Assembly: GCA_002269645.1 (NCBI GenBank)
Contig: NIVC01000292.1
Location: 186,001 to 250,000, forward strand
Reading direction: 5' to 3'
From: Macrostomum lignano
Lineage: Eukaryota
Length of the DNA stretch: 64,000 nt
Positions 28,247 through 40,207 of the stretch are shown here, piece by piece (position 1 is the first letter of the stretch; each line of letters begins with the position of its first letter). Below the pieces are notes generated by a model, which worked only from the letters and a program-made list of their open reading frames with translations, was not told the origin of the DNA and searched no databases. A program made the translations under genes and the position numbers.

Positions 28247-29867
28247 ACATGATCTACACTATGGGACAATTGGTCTATTGGCATCCAACAGTTGTTCTAC
28301 TAACTGCAAGTCCTTGCTCTGTTTAAGGTATTATGATTATATTTTATAATTTAGGTTCATAGGTAATACATTGTATCATAGATAGGCTTATCATTACTCC
28401 TTAGTTTTAAAAGGCCATCTAATACTAATATACATAATAGGCCTAGTCTATTTATATCTAAGCTGGGCCTCCTTACCCTCCTAAACAAGATTAGGTCTAA
28501 GCTAGCCTATATAAGACATAATTCTAATTTCTAACAAATAGCCAAACATAGTATAATAGGCTCTTATTAATTAATTTAATATTAGGCTACATAGTTAAAT
28601 TGTGTTTTATATATTTGAATTCATATCATAAACCAATTATAATACATACCTATTATAGTCTATACCTTATGCCTGTGGCTATACCCATGGTCTATTTATT
28701 TGATTATTTTCCATTTGCAATTATCTAATATTAAATAATTCAAGTTTAAACAAGTTATAATAAATAAAATTATAATTATTAGAATCAACAGATTCAAATC
28801 ATATGTATTGTTTTGTTTCATTAATTCAATAGGCCTATTTGCTTTTCAACTAGGCTTGGGCCTATACTAATATAGTCTATATTATATACTTAAAGCTATA
28901 TTATAAATAGGCTTTTTATGTTATCTAGATAAATTTATAGCATTTAAAGTTATGCTTTTTTGATATCATATAAATTAAAAAGCAAATATAAATATGGATT
29001 TTACTATATGAATAATGAATATTGATATTGTTTTAGCAAAAGGTATTATGACTAGTCTTAAAATAGTAGAATTTTTAGTTTTTTTATATATTAATAATAT
29101 TTAAACTAAAGATTCTTCTTACAAATGATAATTTAAATTAAAAAAATAAGAAAATAAAATTTATATATTTCCATCTAGCTAGGCCTATAGCCAATAAGCT
29201 ATAAATCAAATCAAATATCATTTAAAAACATGAAATAGTTTTATCTTGATTAGATCTGGTAGCTAAATAATATATTTAAGTATTTTGTTCCTTATCTTTT
29301 TATATAGACTAGATTATACTAATAATCTAGTATAATCTAGTCTAGACTTGTTATTAATCTAATATAAGTACAAAAAGCAATTTATTACTTAATAGAATAA
29401 ATAGTTAATAAAACCAAAAGTTTTATTCCTTTTACCATGTGTTGATTTTCTTAGTTTTTTGTTATATTTAGAATATACATATCAATTTTTAAAAAAAATT
29501 TACTAGGCCATCTTATTAGTAACTAATAGGTTAATATGAGCATAAATTAATCATATTATGACAGCTTCATACCTAAATAGCAACTTGAATTTGCATTGTC
29601 AATAGATTAAAAATGGTTAAATGATTCTAAAACTTATATAGTGCATAGTTGTCGTCTTAAACCTAAAGCTTAATGTTCTCAATATCAGTACCACTCTTAA
29701 TTTATAGAATTTATTTAGTATATTTGGCTGTATGAACTAGTTGACCACTTGGGCATGCATATGAGGAAGCATTGGCATCCATTGTGCTTGACTATTGTCA
29801 CTTTTGGTACCTGAGAATTTTCCCTTTGATACTTCACAACACCGATGACCTTCAGGCGGCCCAGTCC

Positions 29868-32580
29868 ATGTTCGTGGTGCTGGTGCACCCCAGCCTGAAG
29901 CTGTTCGTCCGCGCCCTCAACTCCCTTGCTCGGCTGGGCGACGAGCTCTACCTGGAGTTCGACACTACCGGAGTCCTGGCCAAGACCGTCAACTCCGGCC
30001 GCTCCGCCTACGCCGAGTTCGCCTTCCAGCCCGAGTTCTTCCACCGCCACTGCCTGGCTGACGCCTCCGACCGGCCCGAGGAGTCGCTGCGCTGCAAAAT
30101 TCCCGTCAAAGCCTACAGGCAGACGTTTCGGTCGCTGGGCCACATCGACCGGTCTGTGGAGCGGTGCCGCATCGAGCTGGACGGACCGGCCAGGCGGCTT
30201 ACGGTGGGTGCTTCTCGCATGCAGATAACCCGATGAAAACGATTCCTAGGCTAAGAAAGCGTCCCAGAGTCACCTGCATCGCCGCAGAGTCGTTGCAGGT
30301 AGCGTAGCTAAATTTCCGAGAAGTGACTCTAAAACGACAAGATGTCACGGTACAAGTTGCCAAAAGAGTCGCCTGAGAGCCAAGTTGAGAGGTTTGATTG
30401 CCTGCGACTCCGAAACGAATTTGGAACGACTCTGGGGCTACTTGAGCTAGTAAAACGAATTTGGAACGACTCTGGGGCTGCTTGAGCTAGTAAAACGAAT
30501 TTGGAACGACTCTGGGGCTACTTGATCTGGTAAAACGAATTTGGAACGACTCTGGGGCTACTTGAGCTAGTAAAACGAATTTGGAACGACTCTGGGGCTA
30601 CTTGAGCTAGTAAAACGAATTTGGAACGACTCTGGGGCTACTTGAGCTAGTAAAACGAATTTGGAACGACTCTGGGGCTACTTGAGCTAGTAAAACGAAT
30701 TTGGAACGACTCTGGGGCTACTTGAGCTAGTAAAACGAATTTGGAACGGGGGCTACTTGAGCTAGTAGAAAGTTAACCGCTAACACAGTAAACTCGTGGA
30801 CCATTTTTTATGCGACTCTTACGATTCTGCAACTCGCGTGAGGCGCTCGTGACTCAACTGTCGCCTCTCTGTCGCATTGCAGTCGTTTGAGTCACACCAG
30901 AGTCGATAGAGTCACCAGTGAGTTGTTTGCTATGAATCTTTAGCGATTCTTGTCACGGTAACGTTTTCAAGGGGTAATCCGAAATTTACCACTAATCTTG
31001 TCCGGTTTTTATCCCGCTAATGATGGCCTTGTACTAACCGCGGCCAGCTCTGCTTAACTTGGAACCCCGGCGCCTATCGCAGGTGCAATTCCAGTGCCGC
31101 ATGGGCATCAGCAAGCTGCACCAGCTGTACGTGCTGGAGTGCGAGTGCCTGCAGGCGGTGGTCCCGCTGCCAACCGGCCGCTTCACCCGCCTGTCCATCC
31201 GGCCGAAGCTGCTGGCCGACCTGGTGATGCAGAATTTCCAGACCTCCCAGGAGGAGCTGACGGTGACCTGCCAGCCCCGGGCCTGCGTCATCTGCAGCTA
31301 CTGCGACAACGGCGTGCCGGCTGCCGGCTCCGTGCAGACCTCGCTCAGCCTTCGGCCGGACGAGTTTCACGAATACCGGCCGTCCGGGTCCAAGGGTGTC
31401 ACCTTCTGCCAGCGGGAGCTCCGCTGCCTCCTCATGTTTGGCGACTGGCAGGTGCGACCTTGTCTCGTTTGCAGGATCCGCTGTTAGAACCCGCCCTCTC
31501 TATTAGAATCCACCCTCTCTTTTAGAATCCGCCCTCTATATTAGAACCCGCCCTCTCTTTTAGAATCCGCCCTCTATATTAGAACCCGCCCTCTCTTTTA
31601 GAATCCTCCCACTCTATTAAAATCAGCCCTCTCTATAAGAATCCACCCTCTCTATTAGAATCCGCCTACTCTATTAGAATCCGCCCCTGTTAGTATCCGT
31701 CCCCTGTTAGAGTCCACCCCTATTAAAATCCACCTCTGATCCAAAATCCACCCTCTATTAGGATCCGCCCCTCCTTATTAGAATCCGCCCCAGCACGCCG
31801 ATCTCCAATGAGCCGTCGCCCCCACCAAACTCCCAGGCGCCGGCCTCGTTCCCCCTGGAGATCGAATTCGAGCGGCCCGGCCGCCCTGTCCAGTTCCACT
31901 ACCACTGCCCGGAGATGGCTTTTGAAGGCCGCTACGTGCTGTCCACCCTGGCCGAGCCTCAGTCGGCCTCCGCGACCGGCCGCAGCGCCGGGCCGATCTC
32001 GGACACCGAGTCCGAGCTGACGGCCGACCCCGGCTCCCAGCTGACCGTCACGACATCGTCCCTGACGGACGGACCTTCGAGCCGGCGGCAGCGCCACCAG
32101 CCAGCCAGCCGGAATCAGAAGCGGCCGGCCGCCGCGCTTCTGTCGCCTTCGCCGACTTCCCGAGCCTCTCAGAGCAGCAGCGGCCCCCGATCCGCGGTGC
32201 TGGAGAATCTGCCGCCACCGGCGCCGCGACAGCCTGCCGCCTTCGCCGAGGAGGAGGAGGAAGATGACGAAGGCGACGAGACCATCGGCCCGGAGGAGGT
32301 GGCGGCGGCGGCGGCGGCCTCTGCGTCGTCCCGCGGAGGCCGCAAGCCGCTGCTGTCGATGCTGCAGGCCGATTCGCCAGAGCAGCAGCCGGACAGTCCG
32401 GCCAGTGACGCCCAGCAGCAGCCGCTGTGGTCGCCGCACTCGCCCGTCTTCGGCGGACCTCCGCCTGGCCGATTTGCCGACCGCCGGGCCGCCGGCGGCT
32501 GTCGCGAGCGGCAGAGGCGGCCGCCGGCTCCACTGTCGACCTCTCGAATTCTGGTGCCAGACTCGGACGGCGAGGACTGA
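29868..32580 (+). CDS. RAD9: Cell cycle checkpoint protein RAD9 (9-1-1 clamp subunit), about 482 aa, 3 exons
   Basis: Exons 29868-30203, 31083-31451 and 31837-32580. The exon 3 acceptor was chosen for phase compatibility and is less certain. Motifs LARLGDELYLE, TVNSGRSAYAEF, LRCKI, VTFCQRELR, EFERPGRP and YVLSTL match RAD9. The C-terminus ILVPDSDGED* resembles the human RAD9A S387 TopBP1-binding tail. Confidence 0.95.
30409..30775. repeat. 40-bp minisatellite in RAD9 intron 1, about 9 copies
   Basis: Unit gtaaaacgaatttggaacgactctggggctacttgagcta with period 40. Confidence 0.95.
31480..31790. repeat. Degenerate 19-23-bp minisatellite in RAD9 intron 2
   Basis: tattagaatccgccctctc variants. 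Confidence 0.85.
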
Positions 32581-32904
32581 CGCAGAGTTCCCGAGTCAAT
32601 TTTGTAGCATTTGAATCGCTGGCATTTCGCCATAGCGGTTTTTCTTGTCTTTTTTGGCACTTGGGTTTTGTTGGTCACTTTTTTTGTTTGCTCTCAGCCC
32701 CCTTATTCCAGCTTGCCGTCTACTTCCAGTAGTGCAGTTTTCGCGTTCGCATTTTTAAATCTTAAAATATAAAACATGGCTTAAAGTTTAGCGAAATTTG
32801 ATTTTAACTTTTACTTTTTTGTTGCGCTCGCTTTGGCCTACTGGTTTGAATTGAGCTTGTTGAGGGCATGGGTTTTTAGCCAGATGCGTCACTGGGTATC
32901 ACGG

Positions 32905-34510
32905 CACCACCCCAATCACAGTGCCACCCTCCAATCACAGTGCCACCCCCCAATCACAGTGCCACCCTCCAACCACAGTGCCACCCCCAATCACAGTGCC
33001 ACCACCCCAATCACAGTGCCAGCCCCCAATCACAGTGCCAGCCCCCCCCAATCACAGTGCCAGCCACCCAATCACAGTGCCAGCCCCCCCCCAATCACAG
33101 TGCCAGCCACCCAATCACAGCCCCCCAATCACAGTGCCACCCTCCAATCACAGTGCCACCCTCCAACCACAGTGCCACCCTCCAATCACAGTGCCAGCCA
33201 CCCAATCACAGTGCCACCCTCCAACCACAGTGCCACCCTCCAACCACAGTGCCACCCCCAATCACAGTGCCACCCCCCAATCACAGTGCCAGCCCCCAAT
33301 CACAGTGCCAGCCCCCCCCCCAATCACAGTGCCAGCCACCCAATCACAGTGCCAGCCCCCCCCAATCACAGTGCCAGCCACCCAATCACAGCCCCCCAAT
33401 CACAGTGCCAGCCACCAATCACAGTGCCAGCCCCCAATCACAGTGCCAGCCCCCAATCACAGTGCCAGCCCCCCCCCCAATCACAGTGCCAGCCACCCAA
33501 TCACAGTGCCAGCCCCCCCCCCAATCACAGTGCCAGCCACCCAATCACAGCCCCCCAATCACAGTGCCAGCCACCCAATTACAGTGCCACCCTCCAACCA
33601 CAGTGCCACCCTCCAATCACAGTGCCACCCCCAATCACAGTGCCACCCCCAATCACAGTGCCACCCCCAATCACAGTGCCACCCCCAATCACAGTGCCAC
33701 CCCCAATCACAGTGCCACCCCCAATCACAGTGCCACCCCCAATCACAATGCCAGCCACCCAATCACAGTGCCACCCCCCAATCACAATGCCAGCCACCCA
33801 ATCACAGTGCCACCCCCAATCACAGTGCCAGCCACCCAATCACAGTGCCAGCCACCCAATCACAGTGCTACCCTCCAATCACAATGCCACCCCCCCCAAT
33901 CACAGTGCCACCACCCAATCACAGTGCCACTACCCAATCACAGTGCCAGCCCCCAGTCACAGTGCCACTACCCAATCACAGTGCCACCCCCAATCACAGT
34001 GCCACCCCCCAATCACAGTGCCGCCCCCCAATCACAATGCCAGCCACCCAATCACAGTGCCACCCCCAATCACAGTGCCAGCCACCCAATCACAGTGCCA
34101 GCCCCAATCACAGTGCCAGCCACCCAATCACAGTGCCAGCCACCCAATCAAAGTGCCACCACCCAATCACAGTGCCACCCCCCCAATCACAGTGCCACCC
34201 CCCAATCACAGTGCCACTACCCAATCACAGTGCCACCCCCAATCACAGTGCCACCCCCCAATCACAGTGCCAGCCACCCAATCACAGTGCCACTACCCAA
34301 TCACAGTGCCACCCCCAATCACAGTGCCAGCCACCCAATCACAATGCCAGCCACCCAATCACAATGCCAGCCACCCAATCACAGTGCCAGCCACCCAATC
34401 ACAGTGCCACCACCCAATCACAGTGCCACTACCCAATCACAGTGCCACTACCCAATCACAGTGCCAGCCCCAATCACAGTGCCAGCCCCAATCACAGTGC
34501 CAGCCCCCAA
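32905..34510. repeat. 1.6-kb 18-24-bp minisatellite (ccaatcacagtgcc core) between RAD9 and RIC8
   Basis: Directly visible. It is the source of the PITVPP and QSQCH ORFs. Confidence 0.95.
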
Positions 34511-34626
34511 TCTCGGTGCCATTCCTGTCGAATAAGCCGCAGATAGTGGCAGCTTCGCCAGGCGCCACTACTAACAGTAGCATGTAAAAAACTCGCTCTG
34601 CTGCATGTTGCAGCCCTATCGACGCC

Positions 34627-36955
34627 ATGACCAGCCAACCGCTGCAGCTGCCCCTGTCGGATCCTCCGGCACCGGACGCTGATCCGGCCACCGTGGCCGC
34701 CGCCTTCTCGGCCTCTGAGCAGAAGCTGTCCGAATTCTCATTTAAACAGTTTAGCAATTTCCGGCCAGCCCTGGCCGAGCCGGAAGCGGACATTGGCCGG
34801 CTGTTGGCCCACCTGAGCCGGCCGGATCTGCCAACCGGCCTGGCCGTCCTCTGCCTTCGCTGCCTTCGCCTGCTGTGCCGCCATCGGCCCAACCTGGAAG
34901 CCTGCGACCCCGCCAGGTTCCTGGAGGCCGGCCTCGCCTGCCTGCTTGACCGAAGCGGCCTAGCCGACCTGGCCGATGGCGGCAAAGCTGAGCCGCAGCA
35001 GCGACCTGTCGAGGAGGTGACGGAGAGCCTGATGTGCCTGTGCAACCTCGGCATCCAGCTGGACGGCCTGGTGCAGCGGCTTGTCGACCTTCGCTGTCCA
35101 GCGGCGCTGCTCCGCCGGGCCGCCGGCCTCACCGCCGAGAGCCTCGAGCTGGACTGGCCGGCCTTCGACCTTCGCCTGCTGTTCCTGCTGGCCGCCAAGT
35201 GTCCGGCTGCCCGGCAGGACCTCCGGCTGCATCGCCGAGGCGTCGCTCAGCTCACCCAGCTGCTGCAGCTGGCCAGCGAGCCTCCGCTGCTCTCCGACAA
35301 GAGGTGCGACCTGCTTGGCGACCTGGTCAAAGTTCTCTACACACTGGCTGCCGGCACTGCGGGGCCCGGCGATAAAGACGATTCTTTGGTGAGCCACTCT
35401 TGGAGCTTTGCTCACAGTCTTTGTCTCAGTCCTTGTTCTTCGTATTTGTTCATAATGCTTGTTATTAGTCCTTTTTCTTAGTCTTTGTTCTTAGTCCTTG
35501 TTGTTAGTCGTTGTTCTTAGTCTTTATTCTTAGTCTTTGTTCTTAGTCCTTGTTCTTAGTCCTTGTTCTTAGTCTTTGTCTTAGTCTTTATCTTAATCCT
35601 TGTTGTTAGTCCTTGTTGTTAGTCCTTGTTGTTAGTATTTGTTGTTAGTCCTTGTTCTTAGTCCTTGTTCTTAGTCCTTGTTCTTAGTCCTTCTTAGTCC
35701 TGCCCCTCCTTGCAATCGCTTCCAGGCCGAGGGCGAGGAGACCGCCTTCCATCAGCTGGCGGGACTGCTGCGCCGTCTCCTGCTGGCTGACTGCACCAGC
35801 CCAGACAGACGGGACCGCCTCACCCAGCACTGCGTCAGCCTGCTGCTCTGCCTGCCGCGGGACAGCTTCGACCGCCTGCTTAGCGAGGACGTCCCAGCCG
35901 CCGCTTCTTCAGCAGCGTCGACAGCGTCCAACTTTGAAGGCAAAGGCGTTGAAGCCATCGATGTTGTGCTGAACCTGCTGGACACTCGGCTGGCTCTGTT
36001 CTCGGCCTCGTGCACCGCCGACCCGGCCGCCGTCGCTGCCGTCCTGCCGGCGGGGGTCAGCCTGACTGGCGGCGCCTTGGAGAACCTAGTGCCGGTGCTG
36101 TCCGCCCTGTTCGAGGCCTGCCGGTCTTCGCGGACCATTCGGCGATACTGCAAGCACCGGCTGCTGCCCAGGCGGAGCTCCGATCAGATGGCCCAGCTGC
36201 CCGAGGAAGGTCAGCAGGTCTCCTGATTGCTGACCCACCTGTGTGATTGATGACCCATCTGTGTGATTGCTGACCTACCTGTGTGATTGCTGACCCACCT
36301 GTGTGATTGCTGACCCACCTGTGTGATTACTGACCCACCTGTGTGATTACTGACCCACCTGTGTGATTACTGACCCACCTGTGTGATTGCTGACCCACTT
36401 TTGCGATTGCTGACCTACCTGTGTGATTACTGACCCACCTGTGTGATTACTGACCCACCTGTGTGATTGCTGATACATATCAGATTCTTGACCTACCAGT
36501 GCAGTCTATGACCCAGTTGTCCCATCGCTAACCAAGTTCACCTTGCTAACCAATTTGCCTGGTTTATCTCTGCTCAAAATTTGCAATAGTGAGTACTGCA
36601 GCTCCCACCATTCCCGCGCAGGCGCCTCCATGCGCAGCCGCCTGTGCCGCACGCTGACGCACCCGTGCACCCAGGCTGCCGACATGGCCGCCTCGCTGGT
36701 GCACGCGCTGTGCAAGGCCAGCATCGCCAGGGCTGTCCGCCACACCGGCTACGGCAACTTCGCCGGCTTCCTGGCCCGCCGCGGCCTTCTGGCTGCCGGT
36801 CCGTCGGCTGGGGACTCAACGGTGTACAGCTCCGACTCCTCCGGAGACGGCGAGGACGAGGACGAGGATGATGGAGCGGGGGCTGCCGATCAACAGGGCG
36901 GCGCGGCGGACGGAGACAAGGCAAACGGAGGTAGGCAGACATAGGCAGACAGACT

Positions 36956-36987
<32 letters not shown>

Positions 36988-37324
36988 TCACGAAGACAGT
37001 ACGACACTAAAATGATTTCTCCCCCCGCTTACCACAGCGGCCAGCTGGTCCTACAACCCCGTCACGGGCCGCCGCGAGCCGCCCCGGCCAGATCCCACGG
37101 CCGGCATGACCGAGGAGCAGAAAGAGTTCGAGGTGCACCGGATCATGCAAGCGATCGACCGGCTGCAGGCCACCGGCGTCATCAGCCCGGCTGTTATCGG
37201 CGAGGACGGCCGACCCTGCCCGGTGAGCCACCCGCTGGAGCTGATGGACCGCCTGGCCGAGCAGTCGGGCGGCAAGCGACGCGAGGGTGGCGGTGGGGAG
37301 GAGAGCAGCGACAGCGATGGGTAG
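34627..37324 (+). CDS. RIC8: Synembryn / RIC-8 G-alpha chaperone and GEF, about 613 aa, 4 exons
   Basis: Exons 34627-35388, 35726-36209, 36622-36930 and 37038-37324, all GT-AG with matching phases. Hallmark motifs ESLMCLCN, FDLRLLFLL, TGYGNFAGFLARRG, YNPVTGR and GMTEEQKEFE are present. Confidence 0.97.
35460..35700. repeat. 13-bp minisatellite in RIC8 intron 1
   Basis: ttagtccttgttc variants. Confidence 0.9.
36225..36475. repeat. 20-bp minisatellite in RIC8 intron 2
   Basis: Unit tgctgacccacctgtgtgat. Confidence 0.93.
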
Positions 37325-38400
37325 CCTTGAACTACTTGCAGTAGTTTGTTAGCGCATTCCCTGTGCATCGAAGCAATTACCATTGGATCAGAACCTTTGA
37401 CAGCCACCATGGGGCAGAGAACCCTTGACAGCCACCGGAGCAGAACATTTGATATGCTTATATATTAGTTCAAATCTTGACTCGTTAGTTACCATTTGTT
37501 ATAATGTCTGTTGTCAGTCTATTACTGATTGATCGACATCTTGCTATCAACACAGCTTTCTCTCATATCTCTCTGCTTCATCGGTTTCAAACGCAATTTT
37601 GCACTGTAAAGAGAAATTTTTGAGTAATTTGTGAAAATTGCAAAAGCAGTTTCGTGTCTTTCTACACTTCAGTCTGTTCTGATTACTATTATTATCTTGG
37701 AATGCTTGTATCAAATTTTTTTATCTTTTTTTTCATGAAGTTTTTTGTCCTTTTTAATGCTTCTTAGTTGTGGCATTGTTATAAAAACGATATATTAACC
37801 ACTTGTTTGTCCTTGCGTTACAAGTATATGACAATAAATTATGAATTTTTTACAGCTCGAATATGATTATATTTATTTATATAAATTTGTACCTCTAAAA
37901 TGCTTGCATGCACTTACGCCGGATTTAAATACAAAACGATACCCCATTGTTAGCCACACTTGATATTTGTGTCGTTTCTATGATGTGAGCTACAGTTCTT
38001 TAATTCATTTCAATAAGTTTAACATATTGTGTATGTGGACTAGCCATTGACCCCCCCACTGGGGAACTTAACTTATTGTGTATATGGACTAGCCATTGAC
38101 CCCCACTGGGGAGCTTAACTTATTGTGTATATGGAATAGCCATTAAACTAGCTTATTTATTAGTGCCCTATGTGATCTAAAAGCGACATAGTTATTTTGT
38201 TTAACTTAAGAAAAATTTACATTATATTCATACATTTATCGACGACCTATTCACTACATAATTAATGCTTTGACCCTATGAGCACAGACTCAGATGTTTT
38301 TTATTAGGTCCCTATGACCTACTCTCTACATATAATTATGACTGACTTTATGACCTATTCGCTGACCATGATCCTCCTTTAATGCATGCCGTGTTTCGGC

Positions 38401-38703
38401 ATGGAGGCGGCGTCACAGAGAGCGGGGGCGGAAGACGGTGGCCGCGGCAACGGCGGTCCTTGGCGCGGATTCTCCGGCGTCTTTGCCGGGTTTGCCGGTG
38501 CCGATTCGGTCGCCGGAGCCGGTTGGTCCGAAGGCGGCGGCCTGCTGCACCGCCTGCTGGGGACTCAGTGGGTGACCACCGCGGCGGCATCGAAGGCGGC
38601 GGCCGCGGCCTACGGAGGTCCGGGCGGCAACCCGGGGGGCCGCAACCGGAAGTGCTCGGCCGTCTATCGCGACCTCAACGCTGTGGCGCCTTCGGGTTTC
38701 TGA
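38401..38703 (+). CDS. Small Gly/Ala-rich protein (100 aa) ending in RDLNAVAPSGF
   Basis: This is a GC-rich island in AT-rich flanks, with the same C/G-ending codon bias as RAD9 and RIC8. As I recall it, the C-terminus resembles RDLNVLTPTGF of KIAA1191/P33MONOX; this was not checked by search. Confidence 0.55.
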   Translation: MEAASQRAGAEDGGRGNGGPWRGFSGVFAGFAGADSVAGAGWSEGGGLLHRLLGTQWVTTAAASKAAAAAYGGPGGNPGGRNRKCSAVYRDLNAVAPSGF

Positions 38704-39335
38704 TGATTGTGGTTTTTGGGCTGTCATTTCGAACTGCGAACGGGCCTTTGTCGGTTTTGGAATCGCCCTGAGCATCCACTCCTGAATCACCCTGAAGTAT
38801 CACCCTGATTAATCACCCCTGAAGAATCACCCCTTCGAATCGCCCCTGAAGACTCACCCCTGAAAAATCGCCCTTGAATTGCCCCTGCAAGAATCGCCCT
38901 GACGAAAATTGCCCATAAGAATCGCCCTGATTTCGTCTCTGTACTAGCGAGTTGCTTGCATCTCCAGCAAAGCCTGACTACTCCGAAGTTCGGGAATCGT
39001 AGCTCATGATTTACCTTTTTATGAATTGCGTGTAACTGTACGAGTATATGCTGTTAATTAAGCCAGTTGTTTTCTTAGCGTAAAAATATATCTTTCGATA
39101 CATATCGGCCGTTAAGAGTTTTAAAATCTCTTTAATTGTAGCATTAAATAAATAATATTGTTCCGCGGTTTCTTTCGCATAATCTCCTACAAAATTTTAT
39201 TGACGGTTACGTATGACGAGAGGTGACTCGTATAACTAATCTAAGCGTTTGGTAATAAGATACAATGCACTGCTTTTTACAGCAGAATCTAATTACTTCC
39301 TGGTTTTCAGCTCAACTTCTTGGGTTAAATTAAAC

Positions 39336-40090
39336 TGACACCAACCATAATCCCTACTGACACCAACCATAATCCCTACTGACACCAACCATAATCCCTA
39401 CTGACACCAACCATAATCCCTACTGACACCAACCATAATCCCTACTGACACCAACCATAATCCCTACTGACACCAACCATAATCCCTACTGACACCAACC
39501 ATAATCCCTACTGACACCAACCAGAATCCCTACTGACACCAACCAGAATCCCTACTGACACCAACCAGAATCCCTACTGACACCAAACAGAATCCCTACT
39601 GACACCAACCATAATCCCTACTGACACCAACCATAATCCCAACTGACACAAACGGGAATCCCAACTGACACAAACGGAATCCCAACTGACACAAACGGGA
39701 AGCCCAACTGACACAAACGGGAATCCCTACTGACACAAACGGGAATTCCAACTGACACAAACGGGAAGCCCAACTGACACAAACGGGAATCCCTACTGAC
39801 ACAAACGGGAATTCCAACTGACACAAACGGGAAGCCCAACTGACACAAACGGGAAGCCCAACTGACACAAACGGGAATCCCAACTGACAAAAAACGGAAT
39901 CCCAACTGAGACAAACGGGAATCCCAACTGACACAAACGGGAAGCCCAACTGACACAAACGGGAATCCCAACTGACAAAAAACGGAATCCCAACTGAGAC
40001 AAACGGGAATCCCAACTGACACAAACGGGAATCCCAACTGACACAAACGGGAATCCCAACTGACACAAACGGGAATCCCAACTGACTCAA
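39336..40090. repeat. 22-bp minisatellite with two sub-variants (actgacaccaaccataatccct, then actgacacaaacgggaatccca)
   Basis: Directly visible, with a gradual change from one variant to the other. Confidence 0.95.
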
Positions 40091-40207
40091 ACGGGAATCC
40101 CGCTGACTCTACTATCTACAACTGCTTGTACTTCATTCACTTTGCTTACTGCTGTCAATATCTTACTAGCCAGTAGTAAATATTGCGCTTGATCTTTTTG
40201 TTGCCAG

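Noticed and set aside
28300-29650. Possible mitochondrial insertion (NUMT)
   Set aside because: AT-rich, but no mitochondrial gene or tRNA motif was recognised.
32833-34587. Mucin- or extensin-like 530-580 aa ORFs
   Set aside because: Open in all three frames because the minisatellite has no stop codons; the unit length is variable and not a multiple of three.
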